From IMG/VR virus record IMGVR_UViG_3300014208_000038: DNA of 64,000 nt; one strand, written 5' to 3'. Shown one piece after another: positions 55,503 through 64,000 of this stretch. Within the stretch, counting starts at the first letter, position 1. Every line of letters starts with the position of its first letter. The stretch is from a virus (Duplodnaviria > Heunggongvirae > Uroviricota > Caudoviricetes). Under the pieces are notes generated by a model. That model made no database searches and was not told the DNA's origin. It saw nothing but the letters and a program-made list of their open reading frames with translations. The position numbers and the translations under genes are program-made.

Positions 55503-55697
55503 ATGCAGTGTGATAATGCTCAGATAGTTGATGTTCGAGATAACGGAATGGTAATTGGACAAGATATAATTTGTTCTAAAAAGAAAGGTAAAATTTTGGG
55601 AGGATTTAGAGCTGCTCAAGGAGGGTTTTATATGCCTGACTGCTATCGATTATGTTGGGACCGAGTAGTTAACAAAAAATTTGTAAATAGGGAGTAA
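55503..55697 (+). CDS. hypothetical protein
   Basis: 64-aa ORF. Confidence 0.3.
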   Translation: MQCDNAQIVDVRDNGMVIGQDIICSKKKGKILGGFRAAQGGFYMPDCYRLCWDRVVNKKFVNRE

Positions 55698-55699
55698 AA

Positions 55700-56176
55700 A
55701 TGTCAGAAAAATTAAAACCTCCTACTGAAATTTTACCACATTCTATTGATTATAAAGATAATTCTTGGATACAATATGAGATTTGGGAATACGGAATGTG
55801 GGCACATCTTTTAGTTAAGAGATCACAGCATAGAAAAACTGAGGAAAAAGCTGAAAAAGATCTAAGGGATGCTTTTAATTATCTAATTATGGCACAAAAA
55901 AGAGTAGAATTTGAATTAAAAAAACTAGAACACGATTCTCGGCATCCTAAAATATCCTTTGGATTATATGGAGAACCAAAAGAAATAGGATTTTTTGAAA
56001 CAGAAAAAGTTAAAGAAATAATCTCAAAAAATTTAATGAGTACAGATATAATAACATTAAGATATGGAAGAGATGAGGAAGAAGAATGTTATGCTATTGT
56101 TGAAAAAGTAATTCCTATAATAAAAATGGACAAAGTTCTATGTTATAAAATATATTATAGAAAAATTGAAGAATAA
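55700..56176 (+). CDS. hypothetical protein
   Basis: 158-aa ORF. Confidence 0.4.
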   Translation: MSEKLKPPTEILPHSIDYKDNSWIQYEIWEYGMWAHLLVKRSQHRKTEEKAEKDLRDAFNYLIMAQKRVEFELKKLEHDSRHPKISFGLYGEPKEIGFFETEKVKEIISKNLMSTDIITLRYGRDEEEECYAIVEKVIPIIKMDKVLCYKIYYRKIEE

Positions 56177-56344
56177 AAAATATTAAATTTTTAAAAGAGA
56201 CGGTCAAATAATGGTAATCAAAATTACTCCAATAGGCAATAATAGAAAAATTATACAATTTATTCCAACAATTGATTTAAGGCAAAGACATCCTAGACGT
56301 TGGCGGGCAGATGCAAAAATTGTAAAAGAAAAATATTTTAAGGA

Positions 56345-57430
56345 TTGATTAATATGAAATTATTTAATAAAGAAAATACTGAAAAAGATAATCCTGTTAA
56401 ACTTCGGCTTCAAGAAGTTTTGTGGGAGATTACAAGAAAATGTAATATGGATTGTAAATATTGTGGTAGTAAAGGGGTCAAAACGACTGAAAATTCCACA
56501 GATTCTCAAATAATGACTATTGCAGGGGAACTTAAAAAATATCCTCCAGAAATTGTTACAATTACAGGTGGAGAACCAGGATGTCTTGATACAGAGATAT
56601 TAGATAAAGTAATTGGCGATTTATCTGATGCAGGAATTAAGGTTAGAATAGTTACTAATGGAACATTTTTATCATATCGAAATTGGTATAAAAACTTTAA
56701 TAAAGTTGAAATTATTGGGTTAAGTGTTAATGAACCTTGGCCATATTGGTTCGATTATGTAGATGGTATTGAAAAAGATTTGACTATTATTACTAATTTT
56801 GGTACTCATAATATTTTCTACTTTGATGAGTTAACAAAATTCGTAAAAGATAATCATTTTAATACATGGCAAATTCAATTAACAATGGGCGAATTTTGTC
56901 TGCAACCAGAAGGAATTGAATATTTAAGAAATAAAATTAAGAAGCTAAATGGAATAAATTACATTTTATCTGATAATTTACAAGATGAGCATATTTGCAG
57001 CGCGGGGATAAACTCTTGTAGTATTACCGCTGAAGGATTTGTATGTTATTGTCTCTCTGAAAGATCAAGGAACGAGGATTGTTCGGTTGGGATAGTTGGT
57101 AATCTCAATGAAGAGAGTCTTAAATCAATTTGGGAAACCCGATTTCAAGAAGCTAGATTTGGTACTGGATGGGGAAATAAGTGCAGAGATTGCATAAAAT
57201 ATCCCAAAATAAAAGAGTTAACTCCCACGATTTCTAAGAATTCTCATAAAACAAAGATTAAAGATATTCTCCCAGAGGATATATATATTCCAAAAGATGA
57301 AGAACCTTGGTGTCAACCTAGAGTAACTATGTATGGAGTAAATAGGGGAAATGTATTTAGCTATGGAGTTACTAACTGGGAGATTGTAAATGGATCTGTG
57401 ACTAGATACGAGGAACATAGAAAAAAATAG
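56345..57430 (+). CDS. radical SAM protein with Cys-rich C-terminal (SPASM-like) region
   Basis: CNMDCKYCG (CxxxCxxC) near the N-terminus; C-terminal CSAGINSCSITAEGFVCYC cluster. Confidence 0.65.
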   Translation: MINMKLFNKENTEKDNPVKLRLQEVLWEITRKCNMDCKYCGSKGVKTTENSTDSQIMTIAGELKKYPPEIVTITGGEPGCLDTEILDKVIGDLSDAGIKVRIVTNGTFLSYRNWYKNFNKVEIIGLSVNEPWPYWFDYVDGIEKDLTIITNFGTHNIFYFDELTKFVKDNHFNTWQIQLTMGEFCLQPEGIEYLRNKIKKLNGINYILSDNLQDEHICSAGINSCSITAEGFVCYCLSERSRNEDCSVGIVGNLNEESLKSIWETRFQEARFGTGWGNKCRDCIKYPKIKELTPTISKNSHKTKIKDILPEDIYIPKDEEPWCQPRVTMYGVNRGNVFSYGVTNWEIVNGSVTRYEEHRKK

Positions 57431-57443
57431 GAGCTATGTAAAA

Positions 57444-60400
57444 ATGTTTAAAGATATCCAAGAGTTAAATTCTCAAATTAAGGTTTGCCAAAAGTGTAAA
57501 TTAGCTCAAGTTAGAGAAAAAGAAAATGGAAAAATAGTTATTGGAAGAGGGTCCAAAAATCCAGATATTTTGTTCGTGGGCGAAGGCCCTGGGCAAACCG
57601 AAATGCAAGAGGGTCGTCCCTTTTGCGGTCGAAGTGGAAAACTCTTGGATATTGCATTAGAAAAAAATAATATTAAAGATTATGCGATAGTAAACATAGT
57701 TAAATGTCATCCTCCGGGTAATCGTCCTCCAGAGAAAGATGAAATTGATGCCTGCAAATCTTGGTTAGAGGAGCAAATAAAACTCCTTAATCCTAAGACA
57801 ATTGTTCCTCTTGGAAATACAGCTCTTAAATTCTTTTTTCCAAAAAATGGTATAACTTCCTCTCACAAACAATGTTTTGAATTAAACGGTAGACAATTTA
57901 TTCCATTATATCATCCTGCCTATATTTTAAGAAATCCGAGTATGAGAGATTCTTATATAAAGGATTTCACTATTTTAAATAATAATTCAAACCATGTAAA
58001 AGGAGAATCTATCAAAGAAGAAATAAAAAAAAACCATATACATCAGGAGATCTCTATAAAAAATTTTCAAGAGGATGTCTTGCCTTTCCACTTAAAAATT
58101 GATGGTCAATCTCAACCTTTTGTTCATTTACATAATCATACAGAACGAGGTTCTCCTGGAGATGTCTACAGAAATTTAGATGAATGGGCTATTGATCTTA
58201 AAGAAAAGGGCTTTGGCGCAGGCGCTTGTACAGATCATGGATCTTGTTCTGGATTATATTATTTCCAAAGGGCTATGCAAAAACAAAATATTAAGCCAAT
58301 TCTTGGAGTAGAATTATATATTAAAGAAGGAGCAAAAACATCGCACATGGTTTTACTTGTAAAAAATGAAATAGGATGGCAGAATCTTTTAAAAATTAGA
58401 AGAGAATCTTGGCTTAATAGAGATGCGGGGAAAAAGGTAAGCAATAATAGTAGAAGCACTATTGAGAGTGTTTTAGAAAATCATGAAGGTCTAATTTGTT
58501 CCACCGCCTGCATAAACGGATTTTTAGGTTATAAAGTTAAAAATCAGCTTGAATATGAACCAATGATTCTTAAATTTAAAGAAGTATTTGGTGAGGATTT
58601 TTACCTAGAAGTGCAACCACATATAATTCCTGAACAAGTAATGGTTAACAAAGTGGTTATCCAACTTCACGAAAAATATAATATTCCAATTATAATAACA
58701 GCAGATACTCATTATACACATAAAGAAGATAAAGAAATTCATAACATAGTGGAAGCCCTCAGATATAGAAGAGTATTTCACAAAGATGTTACTATAAATG
58801 ATAACCCAGGATTTACAGGAAATACATATTATAATTTAACCTCAGAAGATATTGACCAACTGGTAGAAGAAAATCATAGTTATCTAAAACCTTATCTAAC
58901 AGAGGCTATGGCAAATACAATAAGAATTGCAGAAAAATGCAATTTTATTCTTCCTAGTTCATATCAAAATACTTTACCTGAGATACCGGATGCAGAAGAA
59001 TATGTTGCTCAAAAAATTGCCAGCAATATGCACTTAGTAGCACATCATGATCCAAAATTGATTCAAGAAAGATTGGATCTTGAATTAACTAGAATTCGAA
59101 ATAAGAATTTTTTACCTTACTTTGTTATTGTAGCTCGTCTTTTTGAGTATGCAAAACTGCAAGGGATACCTTGCGGTCCTGGTAGAGGTAGCTCTGGAGG
59201 TTCACTTGTAAGTTATTTGCTAGGGATTACGAAAGTTGACCCCATTAGATTCAATCTTTTGTTTGAGAGATTTTATTCTGAAGCAAGAATTGATCCTCCA
59301 GATATTGATAGTGATTTTAGTCAAGAGAGGAGAGAAGAACTTATTGGCTATTTGAAGTCGCAATATGGTAATGATAATGTTTCTAATATTATTACCTTTT
59401 CAAAATGGAAGGGAAAAGGCGTATTTCGAGATGTTTGTAGAATTTATAATATTCCTTTGTCCCAAGTCAATTTAGTAGCAAAATTTATTGAATCCACAAA
59501 AGAAGGACATGATATCCAAGAAGCAATTGACAAAAACGATATTGTAAGAGAATTTTATGTAACTAATCCTAAAGTAATGGATATAGCAAAAGCTTTAGAA
59601 GGACATACAAATTTTTATGGAAAACATGCCGCTGGTATAGTTATTTGTCCTAATTTAGCTCAAAAAATTCCATTGGAAGCAATTAAAGATGCTGAATTAA
59701 CTTCATGGGAGAAGGATGCTCTTGGAGAACTAGGAATTATTAAGCTAGACTTGCTTGGATTATCAATTCTAGATGAAATAGATAGAACTATTACTAATGC
59801 TAACCTAACTTGGGAAGATTTACCTTATGAGTTTGAAGATCCAAAGGTTTATGATTTATTGAATAAAGGATTAACAATGGGGGTTCATCAATTTGAAACA
59901 CTTTCTGCAACTCAATATGTTCAAAAAGTTCATCCAGACGCATTTCAAGAGCTTATTGATATTACGTGTCTCAATAGACCTGGCCCGACAAAAGCTGGAG
60001 CAGCATTAGAATATGTATTAAGAAAGAATAGTAAATCTTGGGAATATTATCATTCTATTATATCTGATATTACAAAAGAAACAAAAGGTCTTATTATAAC
60101 CCAAGAGCAAGTTATGAGAATAGTTAATAAAGTTGGTGGATTTAGTTTAGAAGAAGCTGAAAAAGTTAGAAAGATTATAGGAAAATCAAAAGGATCAGAT
60201 GCACTAAATAAAAAGAGAGAACAATTTATAAATGGAGCAATAGAACAAAATGGTTTAACAAAAGAAGAAGCAGAAGGTTTATTTGATAAATTAGTTAATT
60301 TTGGTGGATACGGTTTTAATAAATGTTTAAGCGGAGATACACAAATATTTGATGCCAATACAGGATGCCATTATACAATAGAATTTTTATTTAAAAACCA

Positions 60401-62750
60401 AAATAAGATTTTTATTTGGTCTATGAATAACCAATATAAATTAGAAAAACAACCCATATTAAATATTTATGATAACGGAATTCAAGATGTTTTTGAAATA
60501 AAAACCAGAACAGGAAGAAAAATAAAAACTACGATAAATCATAAATTTTATACAATTGATGGTTGGAAGGAATTATCTAATTTAAAGATATATAGTCATA
60601 TAGCTTTACCTAGATTAATTCCTAATAATATTAGTAATCCTGTTTTTTGTGAGGAATTTAAATTAATTGTGTTAGCTTATGCACTTACGGAAGGTAATTT
60701 GTGTCACCCACATGGATTTTATATATATTCAACAGATAAACTTCAGATAAGAGAATATGTCCAAGCTTTAAGAAAATTTAATAACGTTAGACCCTCAGTC
60801 GGAAAAGATGATAACAAATTATATGTATATAGTGCATATAAAAATCAAAAGAACCCAAATGAAGCTGATCTATGGATGAGATCTCTTAATTTATATGGTA
60901 AAAAAGCAACACAAAAAGAAATTCCAGAATTTATATTCTCTTTAGCTGAGGATCAATTATCTCTTTTTATTGCAAAAATGTGGGAAGGAGATGGATGTAT
61001 ATTTACAGGAAAGAATGATAGCATAAGTATATATTATGCTACATCTTCAGAAGTAATGGCTTATCAAGTTGTAGAACTACTCCTTAAATTAGGAGTATAT
61101 TCTTCTGTTTTTAAAAAGTATTTTAAATATAGAGGTGGAGTAAAAATTGGATATACTGTACAAATTAGTGGGAAAGAAAATTTTGCAAATTTTATTCACA
61201 AGACATATCCATTTTTAACAACTAAACGATATCAAGCAGATAAAGTTCTATATATTATATCAAATTTCGTTAAGAATGTAAAAATTGGGACCAGGGATAT
61301 TATTCCAAAATCAATAGTTACTGAAATAAAAGAAGAGATACTAAAAACTGGAACAACAATTAGACAATTTTGTATAAATAAAAATATTTCTGAAAGAAAT
61401 TTATATATGGACCCAAAGAAAAAAGGTTTTGGAAGAAAAACAATTTCCAATTTTGGGGTTTTTTTGAATTCTTCAAGATTACAAAATTTAGCAAATTCTG
61501 ATTTATATTGGGATGAAATTAAAAGTATAGAATATATAGGTCAAGAGCAAACTTATGATGTGGAAGTAAAAGATAATCATAACTTGATAGCAAATAATAT
61601 AATTGTACATAATTCGCACGCAGTAGCGTATTCATTTTTAACTTATTGGTCAGCATGGCTTAAAGCAAACTATCCACTTGAAACCTTTGCAGCATTCATA
61701 GATAATGCAAATAGTGAACAACTTGCTATTTATATAAGAGAAGCTCAGGAAATGGGGATTATTATAAAACCTCCTTCGATGGAATCTCCATATATAAATA
61801 ACTCATTTAACAAAGAAAAAAATACTGTCTATATAGGTCTTCACTTATTACAACAAATTGGTGAATCTGAGGCGCAAGTAATTATTAGTAGTGGAAAATC
61901 TTTTGCTAGATTGAAAAAGAATGTATCAGAAAGAACTCTGAAAATATTAATTGAAGTGGGGTATTTTGATTCTATTGAATCTAACAGAAAACAACTTTAT
62001 AGAAATTTAGAGTTATCAAAGAATACATTATCTAGATTTTTAGAGGAACCAACTGTCTATCAAGATTGGTCTATAAATGAAAAGTTAACAAGAATGAGAA
62101 AACATCTATCTTGGCCTCATAGTAGTTCTGAACTACCAGAAACTATATATGACAAAAACATAATTACATTAGATCAGTATAATAAGGAAAGGGATGCAAT
62201 AGAGACACCTATTTTGTTGAAGGGTTGGATTTACAACATCCGAGAATTTGATTCTAAAGATGGGAATAGTAAAACAGCTTATTTAGAATTTGGAGATGGA
62301 TCTTCTGGTGCCAGAATTGCTCTTGTTCTGCCCTACGGATTATTTAATACATATAAAAATGTAGTAGAACAAGTTAAGACTGGGGAACTAGTTGACTCTA
62401 TAATGGTATTAGTTAATCCTTATTTTAATTCATTTAAGGCCGGATTACATAAAAAAGAGGGAAAATTGAATATTTTAAAGATATTTAAATCAGGAGAACA
62501 AATTTCAGATAAAATACTGAGAGTATTAAATTTAGAAGAACTACAATTAAAGAAAAATCAGATGGTAATAACTAGTACTCAATTTGGTACAAGTAAAAAA
62601 GGAAACCAATATTGTGTAGCCACCACAATTGATCATCTAGGATTTTCTGGTAAGGGATTAATTATGATGAACAAAAGTCCCATTACACCAGATATTGGTG
62701 GAATAATTAATGGTAGATGGAGTGAAGAAGGATTTTTAACGGGGAATTAA
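57444..62750 (+). CDS. dnaE: DNA polymerase III alpha (DnaE-type) with N-terminal family-4 uracil-DNA glycosylase domain; contains an intein
   Basis: UDG-4 motifs CxxC, GEGPG...RPFCGRSG, HPAYILR plus 4 Cys; PHP motif HLHNHTERG; DnaE signature GPGRGSSGGSLVSYLLGIT; extein junction GYGFNK|...|SHAVAYS matches E. coli GYGFNKSHSAAYA. Confidence 0.85.
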   Translation: MFKDIQELNSQIKVCQKCKLAQVREKENGKIVIGRGSKNPDILFVGEGPGQTEMQEGRPFCGRSGKLLDIALEKNNIKDYAIVNIVKCHPPGNRPPEKDEIDACKSWLEEQIKLLNPKTIVPLGNTALKFFFPKNGITSSHKQCFELNGRQFIPLYHPAYILRNPSMRDSYIKDFTILNNNSNHVKGESIKEEIKKNHIHQEISIKNFQEDVLPFHLKIDGQSQPFVHLHNHTERGSPGDVYRNLDEWAIDLKEKGFGAGACTDHGSCSGLYYFQRAMQKQNIKPILGVELYIKEGAKTSHMVLLVKNEIGWQNLLKIRRESWLNRDAGKKVSNNSRSTIESVLENHEGLICSTACINGFLGYKVKNQLEYEPMILKFKEVFGEDFYLEVQPHIIPEQVMVNKVVIQLHEKYNIPIIITADTHYTHKEDKEIHNIVEALRYRRVFHKDVTINDNPGFTGNTYYNLTSEDIDQLVEENHSYLKPYLTEAMANTIRIAEKCNFILPSSYQNTLPEIPDAEEYVAQKIASNMHLVAHHDPKLIQERLDLELTRIRNKNFLPYFVIVARLFEYAKLQGIPCGPGRGSSGGSLVSYLLGITKVDPIRFNLLFERFYSEARIDPPDIDSDFSQERREELIGYLKSQYGNDNVSNIITFSKWKGKGVFRDVCRIYNIPLSQVNLVAKFIESTKEGHDIQEAIDKNDIVREFYVTNPKVMDIAKALEGHTNFYGKHAAGIVICPNLAQKIPLEAIKDAELTSWEKDALGELGIIKLDLLGLSILDEIDRTITNANLTWEDLPYEFEDPKVYDLLNKGLTMGVHQFETLSATQYVQKVHPDAFQELIDITCLNRPGPTKAGAALEYVLRKNSKSWEYYHSIISDITKETKGLIITQEQVMRIVNKVGGFSLEEAEKVRKIIGKSKGSDALNKKREQFINGAIEQNGLTKEEAEGLFDKLVNFGGYGFNKCLSGDTQIFDANTGCHYTIEFLFKNQNKIFIWSMNNQYKLEKQPILNIYDNGIQDVFEIKTRTGRKIKTTINHKFYTIDGWKELSNLKIYSHIALPRLIPNNISNPVFCEEFKLIVLAYALTEGNLCHPHGFYIYSTDKLQIREYVQALRKFNNVRPSVGKDDNKLYVYSAYKNQKNPNEADLWMRSLNLYGKKATQKEIPEFIFSLAEDQLSLFIAKMWEGDGCIFTGKNDSISIYYATSSEVMAYQVVELLLKLGVYSSVFKKYFKYRGGVKIGYTVQISGKENFANFIHKTYPFLTTKRYQADKVLYIISNFVKNVKIGTRDIIPKSIVTEIKEEILKTGTTIRQFCINKNISERNLYMDPKKKGFGRKTISNFGVFLNSSRLQNLANSDLYWDEIKSIEYIGQEQTYDVEVKDNHNLIANNIIVHNSHAVAYSFLTYWSAWLKANYPLETFAAFIDNANSEQLAIYIREAQEMGIIIKPPSMESPYINNSFNKEKNTVYIGLHLLQQIGESEAQVIISSGKSFARLKKNVSERTLKILIEVGYFDSIESNRKQLYRNLELSKNTLSRFLEEPTVYQDWSINEKLTRMRKHLSWPHSSSELPETIYDKNIITLDQYNKERDAIETPILLKGWIYNIREFDSKDGNSKTAYLEFGDGSSGARIALVLPYGLFNTYKNVVEQVKTGELVDSIMVLVNPYFNSFKAGLHKKEGKLNILKIFKSGEQISDKILRVLNLEELQLKKNQMVITSTQFGTSKKGNQYCVATTIDHLGFSGKGLIMMNKSPITPDIGGIINGRWSEEGFLTGN
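60324..61613 (+). other. 430-aa intein with LAGLIDADG homing-endonuclease core inside dnaE
   Basis: starts CLSGDTQIF (Cys1), ends IVHN followed by Ser+1; LAGLIDADG-like LAYALTEGN and LFIAKMWEGDGCI blocks; removal restores the contiguous DnaE GYGFNKSH motif. Confidence 0.8.
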
Positions 62751-62800
62751 AATGAAAAAAAACTGTAAAAATTAAAGTAAAGGATCATACAGAAGAAATT

Positions 62801-63193
62801 ATGATACCTTATAAAAGAACGATTTATAAATATATAGATCAAGAAATGAACGCCTGTGATAAATGTGGTAAAACTTATATAGATACTCTCCCTACATGTA
62901 TAGGATGTGGGAGAACATTGTGTTATCTATGTAATCATAATGATGATTTAAAACATGTTCAATTATGGGTAGGAACCCAAGAAGAATATGGAGATAATTA
63001 TCATATTGAAGGATCAGAAGATTTTGATACGGAATATTTTTACCTATGTCCTATCTGTAAGGAAAATCCACCCGAAAAAATTAGTTTTATGAATAAACAG
63101 AAAATAATTGATGATTTTGAAGATAAAATTAAAAAAGTGACCCAGGAAATGATAATTGATGTTAGAAAAGTAAAAAGAAAGCAAAACCTTTAA
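62801..63193 (+). CDS. zinc-ribbon hypothetical protein
   Basis: CDKCG...CIGCG...CPICK. Confidence 0.4.
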   Translation: MIPYKRTIYKYIDQEMNACDKCGKTYIDTLPTCIGCGRTLCYLCNHNDDLKHVQLWVGTQEEYGDNYHIEGSEDFDTEYFYLCPICKENPPEKISFMNKQKIIDDFEDKIKKVTQEMIIDVRKVKRKQNL

Positions 63194-63235
63194 ATATCAA
63201 TCCAACAAACATATAAGATAGAGGTGCATTAAAAG

Positions 63236-63634
63236 ATGGATACGGAAAAAACGGCAACCGATTTGATGATGGATTTTTTTAGAGATCCTATAAACTTAAA
63301 AGTATTGTTTCTCTTGAATGATACTCAACCTATGGATTTTAGCTCACTAGAAATAAGAGATCTCTTCAAAAAGAGAGGAGATATCGTTGGGGAAAAACAT
63401 ATTAGAAATTGCGTATCTCAGCTTAAGACTTATGATGTTATTAGAACATCTCGTAAAGTTGGCGGTATGAAAATGTACGCTATCAATTTAGAATCTGAAT
63501 TAGTACAAAAAATACTTGAATTGGGGCAAAGTTTTGATAACGTATATTCTATTGTATTTAATCTACCTCCTAAGCCATCTTTTGTGAACCCAAAATTTTA
63601 TGGAGAAAAATCACCCAAACATTGGAGGAAATAA
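63236..63634 (+). CDS. hypothetical protein
   Basis: 132-aa ORF; SD agaggtgcattaaaagATG. Confidence 0.4.
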   Translation: MDTEKTATDLMMDFFRDPINLKVLFLLNDTQPMDFSSLEIRDLFKKRGDIVGEKHIRNCVSQLKTYDVIRTSRKVGGMKMYAINLESELVQKILELGQSFDNVYSIVFNLPPKPSFVNPKFYGEKSPKHWRK

Positions 63635-63637
63635 AAG

Positions 63638-64000
63638 ATGAATAATGATATTTTAAAGGAAACAAAAAATAAAAATTTTAATATGCTAAAAAGAAAAACT
63701 ATGGATCTTCTTATTAAAACTAATATAGGAAATAAATGTGGAATGTTTGATAAAGAAATGGGTCCAATTTTAGCGGCTATTAATGCGGAACCCCATGTTT
63801 TTACCTTTCAAAGTTGTTATGGACACGAAGAATCAGAACCCAAATATTGGGACAATAGATGGAATGAAAGTAAGGGAGAAATTTGGTTATGCTTTAATGG
63901 AGAACTTCCTACAGATTGCCCATTCCCAAATGAAATGCTTAAGGATAGAGAAATAGTTCCCGTTCTGGAAATATTTTTAAAAAAGAGATGCCTGGAAGAT
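63638..64000 (+). CDS. hypothetical protein (3' partial at window end)
   Basis: SD ggaggaaataaaagATG; frame open to the end of the window. Confidence 0.35.
   Translation, partial: MNNDILKETKNKNFNMLKRKTMDLLIKTNIGNKCGMFDKEMGPILAAINAEPHVFTFQSCYGHEESEPKYWDNRWNESKGEIWLCFNGELPTDCPFPNEMLKDREIVPVLEIFLKKRCLED

Noticed and set aside
58259-61450. Short minus-strand ORFs inside the dnaE/intein gene (58259..58459, 60050..60358, 61232..61450)
   Set aside because: Antisense to the polymerase; no start context or motifs.
57444-62750. A second intein or split polymerase
   Set aside because: Outside 60324..61613 the DnaE motifs are contiguous and in expected order; no additional Cys/Ser-initiated insertions with HN termini were seen.
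1-64000. Bacteriophage (bacterial virus) origin
   Set aside because: MC1, PTH2, intron-containing tRNA-Ala, C1:G72 tRNA-Tyr and TATA-like leaderless promoters argue for an archaeal context, despite the bacterial-type DnaE and RtcB.

Overview
This 64 kb window is AT-rich (roughly 30% GC by eye) and densely packed with about 100 short genes, nearly all on the + strand. The single exception is a minus-strand block at 28.7-31.4 kb.

Several markers point to an archaeal host or an archaeal mobile element (virus, plasmid or Borg-like extrachromosomal element) rather than a bacteriophage:
- an MC1-family chromatin protein (19944..20273)
- an archaeal/eukaryotic-type PTH2 peptidyl-tRNA hydrolase (38592..38957)
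- three tandem tRNA genes, including a tRNA-Ala(UGC) with a canonical 37/38 intron and a G3:U70 pair, and a tRNA-Tyr(GUA) with a C1:G72 pair
- TATA-like boxes about 25 nt upstream of leaderless starts, with ggagg Shine-Dalgarno sites before operon-internal genes

Recognisable content falls into five groups.

(1) A ubiquitin-like conjugation operon at 9.5-12.2 kb: a small Ubl candidate, a ThiF/E1-like protein, a protein with an E2-like HxN...C motif, and a JAB/MPN (JAMM) isopeptidase. It is flanked by perfect tandem and inverted repeats.

(2) An RNA/tRNA repair toolkit scattered across the window: RtcB, an HD small-alarmone-hydrolase-like protein, two KxDG/KxNG nucleotidyltransferase ligases (one directly next to the tRNA cluster), PTH2, and a Thg1-like 3'-5' nucleotidyltransferase.

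(3) A DNA replication and nucleotide metabolism set:
- a prim-pol / CHC2 zinc-finger / P-loop primase-helicase
- a SNF2 helicase
- an anaerobic ribonucleotide reductase with its activase (NrdD/NrdG)
- a divergent ThyA-family enzyme with an altered active-site motif and no ATG start
- a dCTP-deaminase/dUTPase-fold protein, a dCMP-deaminase-like protein, and a HAD nucleotidase
- a 1768-aa polymerase that fuses a family-4 uracil-DNA glycosylase domain to a bacterial-type Pol III alpha (DnaE) and is interrupted by a 430-aa LAGLIDADG intein at the FNK|SH site

(4) Mobile and foreign DNA:
- an intact, GC-rich IS200/IS605 element (TnpA + TnpB) inserted just downstream of the MC1 gene
- an AT-ameliorated relic (TnpB C-terminal fragment plus right end) at 38.4 kb
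- a GC-rich island (6.7-8.1 kb) carrying duplicated gene junctions and xenolog-like paralogs of resident genes
- a 2xC2H2 + DUF559 endonuclease gene downstream of the tRNAs

(5) Repeat structures: a 4x 26-bp palindromic tandem repeat, iteron-like AT repeats at the strand-switch point, and a hairpin-rich region upstream of the primase gene.

Most ORFs are hypothetical. All calls rest on motif reading of the translated ORFs; no database search was possible.
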